Of a stretch of DNA of 64,000 nucleotides, positions 17,393-26,198 are shown piece by piece; the stretch's first letter is position 1, and every line of letters begins with the position of its first letter. The notes below the pieces were generated by a model, which searched no databases, was not told where the DNA came from, and was given only the letters and a program-made list of their open reading frames with translations. The stretch covers positions 9,119-73,118 of the forward strand of contig SUZE01000007.1 in assembly GCA_015060075.1 (NCBI GenBank), in the 5' to 3' direction. The position numbers were made by a program, and so were the translations under genes. The DNA comes from Rikenellaceae bacterium (lineage in GTDB: Bacteria > Bacteroidota > Bacteroidia > Bacteroidales > Rikenellaceae).

Positions 17393-18183
17393 CTTATATA
17401 TTCTGGGTTATCCAAATTTACAATAAATTCTTTTGGAATTACAGTTTTTACTAAAATTTCTGCTTGGTGATGCTTAAAATCGTTATCATCTCTACTTACA
17501 TAAGTTTTCTTGACCGCAACAAAATTAACTCTTTTTAAGTCATAAAGTGTTCCTCCAACATGATGGTTGCTATCTGTTGCATTTATATCGGAGAATAGAG
17601 TCCTTTCCCATAATGCTACATCTGTTTTGATTTTCAATAGTACCAATCTTTTGCCATCTTTTTTATGCCTATAAGCCATAGGATGATCCTCGCAAAAACT
17701 TAAACGAACATAATCTTGTAAATTATATTTCTTATCTAATTGTCGAGACTGCAAATCTCCTCCGGGTGATGGAATTTCTACGCCGTATGTATTGCACGAT
17801 TTCCACGATAATAGACCGCCATATTTTCTTATACTATCCAAGTTGCTTTCATCTGTAAAGTGGTAAAAATATCTTATGCCGTGCGATGCTAACAATTGTC
17901 TAATACTCTCACTATTCTCTTTTTTTGTAGGGAAAAGATTTTTCGTAATAGATAGTCGCAATGGTGAATCAATATTTGCGTTCTTTATCGGAGATGCTGG
18001 CTTAGAAACATCAGATGTTGTATTTATAGGTTTTCTTAACTCAGCTTCTTCATTAGACATTTTAATCAATAGGAATATGACTACTATAAGTGCAATAAGT
18101 CCTAAAATAGGGTGACACGCAAAACATCCTCCTACAATTATTATAGCCCACCAAGCACAGCCACAACCAAATCCCACATCCAT
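17389..18183 (-). CDS. Membrane-anchored DarT-like (DUF4433) ADP-ribosyltransferase
   Basis: The N-terminus has two hydrophobic helices (CAWWAIIIVGGCFAC, ILGLIALIVVIFLLI). The C-terminal domain carries DarT-type blocks YFYHFTDESNLDSIRKYGGLLS, DYVRLSFCEDHPMAY, LFSDINATDSN and HHQAEILVKTVIPKEFI, compared with DarT YH(I/F)T..NL.SI, DYVPFYF, FTD.NA and KQAE(F/V)LV. Confidence 0.7.
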   Translation of the reverse strand: MDVGFGCGCAWWAIIIVGGCFACHPILGLIALIVVIFLLIKMSNEEAELRKPINTTSDVSKPASPIKNANIDSPLRLSITKNLFPTKKENSESIRQLLASHGIRYFYHFTDESNLDSIRKYGGLLSWKSCNTYGVEIPSPGGDLQSRQLDKKYNLQDYVRLSFCEDHPMAYRHKKDGKRLVLLKIKTDVALWERTLFSDINATDSNHHVGGTLYDLKRVNFVAVKKTYVSRDDNDFKHHQAEILVKTVIPKEFIVNLDNPEYIR

Positions 18184-18226
18184 AATTTAAGTTTTTAAGA
18201 TTTAACAAATTTTATTATTATAGTAG

Positions 18227-19363
18227 TTAATAGTTTACAACTTTATCAAATGGTAGCCAACGACCATTTACATTTACTCCAATCCATCGCCATAAGCGGA
18301 TATCTTCTTGTTTGTATTTGGTGATAAACTTGAAATTTCTGTCATAAAAGTACCACTCATTTTCTCTAAGGAGGCAAATTATGTCATCTCTAAATTCAAC
18401 CTGTTCAAAGGAAGCATTTATAACTTGTTGTTCATTTGAATCTACAACGATAAAATACTTATCTCGTTTGGCACCAACGATATAAATATATTCACCTTCT
18501 TTCATGATTGGATATATCTCTTCGTAATTAAATGATATGATAACATTTCCTTCTATATCTGTAACACCCTTATAATAGGGACTTTCAAAGGCTATGCATA
18601 AATTATCGTCATACCTATAGCCTGGATATTTTAAGTTAAGCACAATTTCATTATCCAAGTTTATGTAACACATACCCTCATAATTATCGTTTATAGACAC
18701 CAAGCCATCATATTCTCTCCAACAATCTTCAAGCAATGATAAACTAGAAGCAAACGAAGCATTCCTTTTAAGAATAATTTCTCCTGATATTGAAAAAATA
18801 TAGATAGTATCTGGATGTCTATTTGTCGCCAAAATATATCCATCTAAAGTAAGTGAGATATCGTCATATTCAATAGGTATTATCATTCTACAATTCTTAT
18901 CTATTACTCCATATTTGTAGTCATTAAAGCCACCATGACCTCTTTTATACCTTACTTTTGCCAATCCAAATTCATTGAAATCGCCACAATATTCATATGG
19001 AGCATCTATACCATGACAAAGCGAAAAAGTTTTTGCGTCGTATATGAAACAATGCGGCTTGTTGTTTTCATCCATTTTTAGATGCCTATGCGTAGGATCA
19101 GTGTTATCTTTCAAACACGAAATATTCTCGTTGCTCCAATCTACTGATACAATATAAGCAGTACAAACTGAGTCAGGCGTTAAAGAGAGCATAAGAGTTT
19201 TTTCTATTACACCCTCTTTTTCGATAAAGAACTCTATCTTATAATTTTGGTTAACCTCTAAATCGAGGCAAACTATTTTGTTCGTTTTTAGAGCCTTTAC
19301 CTCTGATGAGCCAACAACCATTGTGCATGGTTTGTTACTGAAAATTCTTGCAATTGTCTTCAT
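18227..19363 (-). CDS. WG-repeat (KWG-like beta-propeller repeat) protein
   Basis: Repeated units of the form F.E.GLA.V......YG.ID..G..IIP..YD are present, for example FNEFGLAKVRYKRGHGGFNDYKYGVIDKNCRMIIPIEYDDI. No signal peptide is present. Confidence 0.7.
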   Translation of the reverse strand: MKTIARIFSNKPCTMVVGSSEVKALKTNKIVCLDLEVNQNYKIEFFIEKEGVIEKTLMLSLTPDSVCTAYIVSVDWSNENISCLKDNTDPTHRHLKMDENNKPHCFIYDAKTFSLCHGIDAPYEYCGDFNEFGLAKVRYKRGHGGFNDYKYGVIDKNCRMIIPIEYDDISLTLDGYILATNRHPDTIYIFSISGEIILKRNASFASSLSLLEDCWREYDGLVSINDNYEGMCYINLDNEIVLNLKYPGYRYDDNLCIAFESPYYKGVTDIEGNVIISFNYEEIYPIMKEGEYIYIVGAKRDKYFIVVDSNEQQVINASFEQVEFRDDIICLLRENEWYFYDRNFKFITKYKQEDIRLWRWIGVNVNGRWLPFDKVVNY

Positions 19364-19395
19364 ATCAGTACTATTTTCAGAGAGAGCTAAATTTA

Positions 19396-19581
19396 CTATT
19401 CATCGTCATAATCTTCATAATCACTACCGTCCCAATCAAAATCGTCATCTTCTTCATCGTTATAGCGACTATATCGATTTCGATTAACCATCTCCATGGC
19501 TTCCTCCATAGCTCTATCACATATATCATCCCAATCCTCCATTGACAACATGTCGTTGTCGTAATCATCAGTGTATCTCAT
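19396..19581 (-). CDS. Hyper-acidic 61-aa protein, first gene of the island
   Basis: The product is MRYTDDYDNDMLSMEDWDDICDRAMEEAMEMVNRNRYSRYNDEEDDDFDWDGSDYEDYDDE, with close to half of its residues Asp or Glu. It lies directly after the conserved leader and 32 nt before the WG-repeat gene. Confidence 0.55.
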   Translation of the reverse strand: MRYTDDYDNDMLSMEDWDDICDRAMEEAMEMVNRNRYSRYNDEEDDDFDWDGSDYEDYDDE

Positions 19582-19908
19582 AATATTTAAGTTGTTTTTT
19601 GCCCACCAACCCCGAATAAGGCGTTATTATAAATAAAGAAAGTGTGAGGTTGATTTTCGTTTATTTATAAGAAGGTTGTGGAATGACCTTGGAAGAATAA
19701 ACGCTACAATGCCTCACACCTGTATATAGCAACATATCGGTACAAGACATACCAACAGCATATATACAAGAAATGAGTGTTGCTCGTCTGCCCTCTTCCT
19801 TTGAAAACTTCCACATTTTCTTATAAGGACTTCGAAAAACACTTTCTATATGTCTGCAACCCAACGGACTGCACCACAAATATAGCAACTTATCTCGAAA
19901 AGTGCAAA
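19582..19908 (-). promoter_or_regulatory. Promoter plus a conserved 5' leader of about 290 nt (copy a of three)
   Basis: On the minus strand, -33 TTTG is at 19905-19908 and -7 TATATTTG is at 19877-19884, with 20-nt spacing. The leader aligns along its length with 35581-35913 and, more distantly, with 27162-27439. All three end in ccttattcggggttggtgggcaaa just before the ATG. Confidence 0.65.
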
Positions 19909-20090
19909 AAATAAGAGCTAACGGTAAAAAGAGAAGTAGTTTTCCGCTTTCCGTTTTAACCCTGCTACGCAGGCTTTTCTTCCTTGCGGCTCGGAAAAAT
20001 GTAAATAAATTTACTTTTTTCGCTCGCTCCGCATCGTCGGTTCCGTTTTGTTTTGTATCTTTGTAAAACAGATACAAAACAGAGATTGGT

Positions 20091-21212
20091 ATGAAGATTG
20101 TTATTCTTGGTCCTGCGCACCCATATCGTGGCGGTTTGGCATCGATTATGGAGACTATGGCACGCGAATATCAGAGTCGCGGAGATGAGGTTAAGGTCTA
20201 CACCTTCTCGCTGCAATACCCTTCGCTGTTGTTCCCCGGCAAGAGTCAATTAGTCGATAGCCCCGCACCGCACGATTTGCATATCGAGCGCATCGTCAAT
20301 ACCTGCAACCCTCTGAATTGGGTGGCGGTGGGCGAGCGTCTGCGCAAGGAGGCTCCCGATATGATTTTGATGAAGTATTGGACTCCGTTTATGGCGCCCT
20401 GCTTCGGTACTATCGCCCGTATTGCCCGCCGAAACGGCAAGACGAAGGTCATCTGCCAAATCGATAATGTCGAGCCACACGAACACCATTTGATTGATAA
20501 GCCATTCAACCGTTACTATCTCGGTGCGGTAGATGGCTTTGTCTATATGTCGGAGCAGGTGGGTGGCGAACTGCGAGCCTACACCTCCGCACCGGCGATT
20601 TTTTCGCCGCACCCGATGTTCGAGAACTTTGGCGAGAGGGTTGAGCGCAACGAGGCGTGCGAGCAACTTGGGCTTGACGCCGACAAGAGATATTTGCTCT
20701 TCTTCGGTCTTATCCGCAACTACAAGGGTTTGGATTTGCTTTTGGAGGCGTTTGAAGGGGTTGAGAATAGCGATTTGCGACTGCTTGTTGCAGGCGAGTT
20801 TTACAACGATAAAGAGCAGTATCGCCCTCTGCTCGACCGCCTTGGCGAGAGGGTAGTGATGCACGAAGGTTTTGTCAAGGATGATAATGTGCGCTACTAC
20901 TTTTCGGCGGCTGATGCGCTCATTTTGCCATATCGCACCGCTACGCAGAGTGGCGTGACGCAAATAGCATATAATTTCTCTGTGCCTATGATTGTTACGC
21001 GCGTGGGCGGTCTGCCGGAGATTGTGACTGATGGCAAGGTGGGCTTTGTTTGTGAGCCTACGGCAGAGAGTATTCGTGAGGCGATAGAACGCTTGTATAG
21101 TGGCGATGCACTTGCTTGCTTTGCCGAGAACTTCCCTGCCGAGCGCAAACGCTTTTCGTGGGCTACGATGTGCGACAAGTTGGTAGAAGTTATGAAAAAG
21201 AGTAAGGGCTGA
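20091..21212 (+). CDS. Glycosyltransferase, group 1 (GT4-like)
   Basis: The N-terminus is MKIVILGPAHPYRGGL. The C-terminal GT-B block is ADALILPYRTATQSGVTQIAYNFSVPMIVTRVGGLPEIV. Confidence 0.8.
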   Translation: MKIVILGPAHPYRGGLASIMETMAREYQSRGDEVKVYTFSLQYPSLLFPGKSQLVDSPAPHDLHIERIVNTCNPLNWVAVGERLRKEAPDMILMKYWTPFMAPCFGTIARIARRNGKTKVICQIDNVEPHEHHLIDKPFNRYYLGAVDGFVYMSEQVGGELRAYTSAPAIFSPHPMFENFGERVERNEACEQLGLDADKRYLLFFGLIRNYKGLDLLLEAFEGVENSDLRLLVAGEFYNDKEQYRPLLDRLGERVVMHEGFVKDDNVRYYFSAADALILPYRTATQSGVTQIAYNFSVPMIVTRVGGLPEIVTDGKVGFVCEPTAESIREAIERLYSGDALACFAENFPAERKRFSWATMCDKLVEVMKKSKG

Positions 21213-21256
21213 AAGCCCGAATGTCATTCAATGCCATACCCCCCCCTACAACAAAA

Positions 21257-21280
21257 AAGGCGACCTCACAGGGTCGCCTT
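21257..21280. terminator. Bidirectional terminator hairpin between convergent genes
   Basis: The stem aaggcgacc/ggtcgcctt has an A run upstream and T-rich sequence downstream. Confidence 0.65.
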
Positions 21281-21300
21281 AAAATTTGCTGTTTGTAAGA

Positions 21301-22470
21301 TTATTTTACGAAACGAGCAGCGGTAAACTTCTTAGTAACAAACTTCTGGTTAGCCATCTTGTGCATAATCTTGAAGTTCTTCTTTGCCGACAACTTAGCA
21401 GGAGCAGGTGTAGCACCGCCATTGTCCTCAGCAGGAACCTTAACAGCAGTCATAACATCGCCTGAGAAAGTGTATGCTGGCTCCTCATAATTCCAAACAT
21501 AGATATCCTCGCCGACAACAGGGAAAATATTGAAGTTAAGAACGTTGAAAATCATGCCATTTGTAAGCTCACCTACATATGCCTCGATTTGAACATTGCC
21601 GTCCTTATCCATTACAAAGGTGTATGGCGGATACTCGCCACCAACAGGTACATCAGAATCGTAACCCATCTCAGTAACAGCAGACATTGCAATCCACTGA
21701 TATATTGCACCCTGCTCAGGGTCCTCGTAAACAATCTCATTGTTAATAAGTTGAATAGTATTACCTACATACATACCAACTGCTGGAGCATCGTAAACGA
21801 AGAAACCGTCCCAACCATAAATTGCGCATTGACCTGCCAACGATGGATCGACTGTCTCACCATCTACAATCTCAACAGGACGAGTGAAACCACCCTCTAC
21901 CTCAGTAAATGCTTGCTGATACTTTCCTTCAACAGTTGTCTGAACGAAAACACTTGGAGAAGTTATATTCCAAACACCTGCCCAAACCGATGAGTCAAAT
22001 GTAGAAGGCAAGGTCTTGAACTCATAATAAGAGAGGTCGGAACTAGTGAGGTTACCATTTACATCTACACCGAAAGCATAAGCCAAATATGTGGTATCAG
22101 GGTCCAATGACTCGAAAGAGTAGCTATTGACACCTGTGAAAAGAAGGGACTTTTTACCTGCTTCCCATGTTCCCTTTTCATTCTCAACCGACTGTTTTAA
22201 ATACTCGTATACATATTGCATGTAAGCGGCGGTAGACTCAAAATTGCTGAACAAATTACTCTTTGCAGTTACCTGCCAATAATAGGTGCGAGCCTCGTCC
22301 TTAGGAGTAACAGTTACAGTAGCGCCCTGCTCACCAATATTAGTAACTTCAAATGTGAACTCGTTAGAGCCACCAGCTCCTCCATTACCGCCAGGACCAT
22401 CTTCTCCACCAGGAGTACAACTTGCAAAAGCAAGTCCAACCATTGCTAAAAGTAAAAACAACTTTTTCAT
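21301..22470 (-). CDS. Hypothetical surface lipoprotein
   Basis: It has a lipobox (MKKLFLLLAMVGLAFASC), a Gly-rich linker and beta-rich sequence. I recognise no family. Confidence 0.6.
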   Translation of the reverse strand: MKKLFLLLAMVGLAFASCTPGGEDGPGGNGGAGGSNEFTFEVTNIGEQGATVTVTPKDEARTYYWQVTAKSNLFSNFESTAAYMQYVYEYLKQSVENEKGTWEAGKKSLLFTGVNSYSFESLDPDTTYLAYAFGVDVNGNLTSSDLSYYEFKTLPSTFDSSVWAGVWNITSPSVFVQTTVEGKYQQAFTEVEGGFTRPVEIVDGETVDPSLAGQCAIYGWDGFFVYDAPAVGMYVGNTIQLINNEIVYEDPEQGAIYQWIAMSAVTEMGYDSDVPVGGEYPPYTFVMDKDGNVQIEAYVGELTNGMIFNVLNFNIFPVVGEDIYVWNYEEPAYTFSGDVMTAVKVPAEDNGGATPAPAKLSAKKNFKIMHKMANQKFVTKKFTAARFVK

Positions 22471-22712
22471 AATTGCATTTTTTTTAGTTAATAAATAAAA
22501 GTTAATAATAATTAATAATAAATTGTAAGTGTGTCTATCTTTTTTTGTTCGTTTTATCCTCCAATAAACTCAATTTTTGCCCGTCAAACGGCACTATCAG
22601 CGAGATAAAACGTTGAGCAAAGTTATATTAAAATTTTTTAATATCCAAATAAAATAGTGATTAAAATGTGCTTAAATTACGATTTTTATGTTTTTTGGTA
22701 ATAATACTAATG

Positions 22713-22741
22713 AACAAGCCTCCCAAATAGGAAGGCTTGTT
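22713..22741 (-). terminator. Hairpin after the MFS transporter gene
   Basis: The stem aacaagcct..aggcttgtt lies 23 nt downstream of the stop codon. Confidence 0.5.
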
Positions 22742-22763
22742 ACAATTTGTAAGTGGGGATAAT

Positions 22764-24167
22764 TTACTCCTTTATATTCGGCAACTCCAAGCCGTAGCCG
22801 TTGCGCTTATCCATAGCCTTCAACCAAAGGCTGAAAATAAGAGCCAAACCGCCCAATGATGCGAAAATCAACATCGGCAAAGTGTAGTTGTATACCACGT
22901 CTGCGCCGGCTGCTATCTGCTCGGCAACGCCCGGGTTACTCTTCTCCAATGCCCAGCCGATAAGTATAGGTGTGCCGCTCAAACCGAAGTTCTGCACCCA
23001 GAAAATCAATGAATAGGCACTACCCAAGAAGCGCTTGTCCATAATCTTCGGAATCGAAGGCCAAAGTGATGCCGGTACCAACGAGAACGAGATACCCAAA
23101 AGGATAATTGCTGCAAATGCAATAGCCTTGCTCGGATAAGCCGGCAAAACCAATGCAAATGTCAGGTGGCAGATAATCATCAGCAATGAGCCGAGGATAA
23201 GCATCGTTGCGCCCTTACCCTTCTTATCGAGGAACCAACCGAGGAGTGGGGTAATGCAGGCTGCACCGATAGGGAACCAACGGAAGATATCTGCCGCAGT
23301 AGTTGCCGACACGCCGAGGTTGCTCTGTAACATATTTGCTGCAAACTTCTGGAATGGGAAGATTGCCGAGTAGTACAACACGCACAACATCGCAACAATC
23401 CAGAATAGTTTACTTTTGAAGATATTTACAACATCTGCCAACTTGAACTCCTCCTCGCTATCGCCCTGGACAGCATCGGTGCCGAGTTGTTTGTCGAGTT
23501 TCTTATCCATCAGGCAGAAGATGGTGAAACAGATAAGTCCGATAAGCAGGAGGGCCGTGCAGAATGCCACAGGCTTAACTACGGTAGGGTTGATTTCACC
23601 CGCCAAGCGTGGCGAGATTGTGAATATAAAGAATACGCCCACGCGCGCAAGAGCCATCTCCAAGCCCATAGCCAAAGCCATCTCCTTGCCTTCAAACCAC
23701 TTTGCCAACGCCTTCGATGCGGTGATACCTGCCATCTCGCAGCCACAGCCGAAAATCATAAAGCCGAGCGATGCGAGTTTTGCGCTACCCGGCATTGCTA
23801 CCCACCAAGAGTTTAGCCAAGCCTCGAAAGCCGAGCCGGCGAACAAATCGCTGACAGCGTAGAATTTGATACATGCACCGAGGAACATTACGGTTGCCGA
23901 CAACTCGCCTGTAAAGCGAATGCCCATCTTGTCGAGGATAATACCTGCAACAATTAAGAATCCAAGTACATTGAGCAGATACTCCGAACCCATAAATGAG
24001 CCAAATACATCGGGTGTCCAGCCGTGTGTCTTCTGAATAATCTCCTGCAATGGGGAGATAGCATCAACGAACATATGCGCAAAGAGCATCATCAGCGCAA
24101 TCAGCACCATCGCTCCCCAACGGGCCCACGCATAGTCGTTCAATTTCTTTTGGATTGTTTGAGTCAT
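22764..24167 (-). CDS. MFS-type transporter
   Basis: The 467-aa product has about 12 hydrophobic segments and an MFS loop motif (DKMGIRFTG). Confidence 0.8.
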   Translation of the reverse strand: MTQTIQKKLNDYAWARWGAMVLIALMMLFAHMFVDAISPLQEIIQKTHGWTPDVFGSFMGSEYLLNVLGFLIVAGIILDKMGIRFTGELSATVMFLGACIKFYAVSDLFAGSAFEAWLNSWWVAMPGSAKLASLGFMIFGCGCEMAGITASKALAKWFEGKEMALAMGLEMALARVGVFFIFTISPRLAGEINPTVVKPVAFCTALLLIGLICFTIFCLMDKKLDKQLGTDAVQGDSEEEFKLADVVNIFKSKLFWIVAMLCVLYYSAIFPFQKFAANMLQSNLGVSATTAADIFRWFPIGAACITPLLGWFLDKKGKGATMLILGSLLMIICHLTFALVLPAYPSKAIAFAAIILLGISFSLVPASLWPSIPKIMDKRFLGSAYSLIFWVQNFGLSGTPILIGWALEKSNPGVAEQIAAGADVVYNYTLPMLIFASLGGLALIFSLWLKAMDKRNGYGLELPNIKE

Positions 24168-24199
24168 AATGTTTTATTTAAGTTTTTTATAAGTGTTAT

Positions 24200-26182
24200 T
24201 TACTGTTTGGCGTAGTTTTTTAGCACTTCATACGCCTCCTCAATGCCGAGTTCTCCCGCTTTCGAGATGTCAAGGCAACCCTTGCGGGTATCTTTCATAT
24301 AAATCTGTATCAAGCCACGATTGTAGTACGCCTCGGCAAAGTGAGGATTTAACTCGATAGCCTTCGAGTAGTCCTCGTATGCCTCCGGCAACTTGCCCGA
24401 CAGAGCATAGAGGTTTGCACGGTTGTAGTAGGCGTAAGCGAAGCCCGAATGGAGCTTTATCGCCTTTGTCAAGTCGGCAATCGCCTCGTCATAGTTGTAT
24501 GTGCGTGTAGGGCGATTGTGCAACTGACGAGCAGGGTCCGACTCAATCGAAATTCGCTGATAGGCGTTGTCAATCGAGGATATAAAGTCAATCATCTCCG
24601 CCTGTGTAGCGGCACGATTGAGGTAAACAAACGGATTAGTTGGCAAAGCCTGAATGGCTGCTGTATAGGTATTTACAGCGTTTGTATATTGCTTAACCAA
24701 CGACTCCGAAATGGCGAGTTGGAACAACTGCCCAAATGTTGCAGCATCGGCTGTTACACTATGTTTCAATCGGCGATTTATAGCCACAAGCGAGTCGGGC
24801 AGAATATTGCTCTCTCGGCACGAAATGGCAAGTAGAGGGTTGTCGAGTTGCTTGATAAAGTCTTCGGCTCGTTGCGAATGGAACTTGCGTGCCGTAGCGG
24901 TCTGTTCGGTCGAGTCCTGCGTAAATGTAAACTTGAAGAGTGGCAACAGAGCCATCTTCTCGTCATTTGTACGGCGTGAAGTGATGCGCTCGAACGATGA
25001 GCCTGCCAATTTGCTCTCGAACGACAACAACTTATCGAAACGGCGTGTTGTGTCGGCATAAATCGAATATGTCGTGTCGTTCAGACGCGATTTGTACTCC
25101 GCAATTTTGCGCTCGGCAATCTGTTTGTCGCTGCGAGAGCCTTTGTAGTCGCGCAACAGGTGTCGCAGATAACTACGACCAAGATAGGCATTTGCAAAGT
25201 CGGGGTAGAGCTCTATCGCCTTGGTGTAGTCGCTCTTTGCTCGCTCAATCTCGCCAAGTTGCTGATAGAGTAGTGCGCGATTATAATAGACCAGAACATT
25301 GTCGGGCGAATACTGCGCTACCTTGTTGTAATCTTCGAGCGCACGGTTATAATCGCCTATGCGACTGCGAATTATGGCTCGATTGAAGTAGGTTATCGAA
25401 CTTGTTGAGTCGAGCTGAATTACACGGTCGAGGTCCGCAAGCGACTGCATCGGGCGATTGGTTTCGTTATAGACCAAAGCACGATTGAAAAAGGACATCG
25501 CCAACATCGAATCGCACTTTACCGCCATATCGAAATCTTTTTCGGCTTCGGCAAAGCGATTTTGTTGCATCAGCAGCACGCCTCGGCGATTATACCCGAA
25601 TGGGCTCTCTCGGTTGGTGCGAATACCGAGGTCGAAATCGGCATACGCTCGCACGGTATCTTTGAGGTAGAGGTGGCAAACGCCTCGATTTATGTAGGCA
25701 TCGGCAACCTTCTTCTCATAGCGTATAAAGTTGTCAAAATCCTCGATAGCCTCTTTGAATTGCTGATTCAGCAGACGGGTAACACCTCGTGAATAGTATG
25801 GATTTGGGAGGTCGGGGCGCAACTCTATCGCCTCGCGGAAATCCGAAAGTGCATCGTCATAATTTCCTAAACGAGAACGAGTTATGGCACGGTATGTAAA
25901 GGCGGTTGTAAATACGGGATTTTTCTCTATTGCCTCCGTAAAGTCCGCCTCGGCACCGAGCAAATCGTCAAGGTTGTATTTGGCAATTCCTCGCAGAAAA
26001 TAGCCCTCGTAGGCATCTTCATCAAAGCGCAACAGCACATTTAGCGTGCGTATCGCCTCCTTGAAGTCGTTATCCATCATCTGACGGCGACCGATATAGA
26101 AGAAGTAGTCACGATTGTACTGCGCCACAACCGAAGTAGTGGCGAACAACACAAACAATATCGCAATTACTACTTTACGCAT
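24200..26182 (-). CDS. Secreted tetratricopeptide (TPR) repeat protein
   Basis: The ATG at 26182 gives MRKVVIAILFVLFATTSVVAQ. Many TPR units follow (A..DF..AI.L.P....AYYNRG). The longer start in the ORF track would overlap era. Confidence 0.8.
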   Translation of the reverse strand: MRKVVIAILFVLFATTSVVAQYNRDYFFYIGRRQMMDNDFKEAIRTLNVLLRFDEDAYEGYFLRGIAKYNLDDLLGAEADFTEAIEKNPVFTTAFTYRAITRSRLGNYDDALSDFREAIELRPDLPNPYYSRGVTRLLNQQFKEAIEDFDNFIRYEKKVADAYINRGVCHLYLKDTVRAYADFDLGIRTNRESPFGYNRRGVLLMQQNRFAEAEKDFDMAVKCDSMLAMSFFNRALVYNETNRPMQSLADLDRVIQLDSTSSITYFNRAIIRSRIGDYNRALEDYNKVAQYSPDNVLVYYNRALLYQQLGEIERAKSDYTKAIELYPDFANAYLGRSYLRHLLRDYKGSRSDKQIAERKIAEYKSRLNDTTYSIYADTTRRFDKLLSFESKLAGSSFERITSRRTNDEKMALLPLFKFTFTQDSTEQTATARKFHSQRAEDFIKQLDNPLLAISCRESNILPDSLVAINRRLKHSVTADAATFGQLFQLAISESLVKQYTNAVNTYTAAIQALPTNPFVYLNRAATQAEMIDFISSIDNAYQRISIESDPARQLHNRPTRTYNYDEAIADLTKAIKLHSGFAYAYYNRANLYALSGKLPEAYEDYSKAIELNPHFAEAYYNRGLIQIYMKDTRKGCLDISKAGELGIEEAYEVLKNYAKQ

Positions 26183-26198
26183 CAAAAAAGTTTTCAGT

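Noticed and set aside
19661-20077. A 138-aa ORF, and the 67-aa ORF at 35709-35912, running through the conserved leaders.
   Set aside because: The two copies are conserved at the nucleotide level, but the reading frame is not. Copy b stops after MWKFSAN where copy a continues, and copy c has no ATG at that point. A non-coding leader explains the conservation better.
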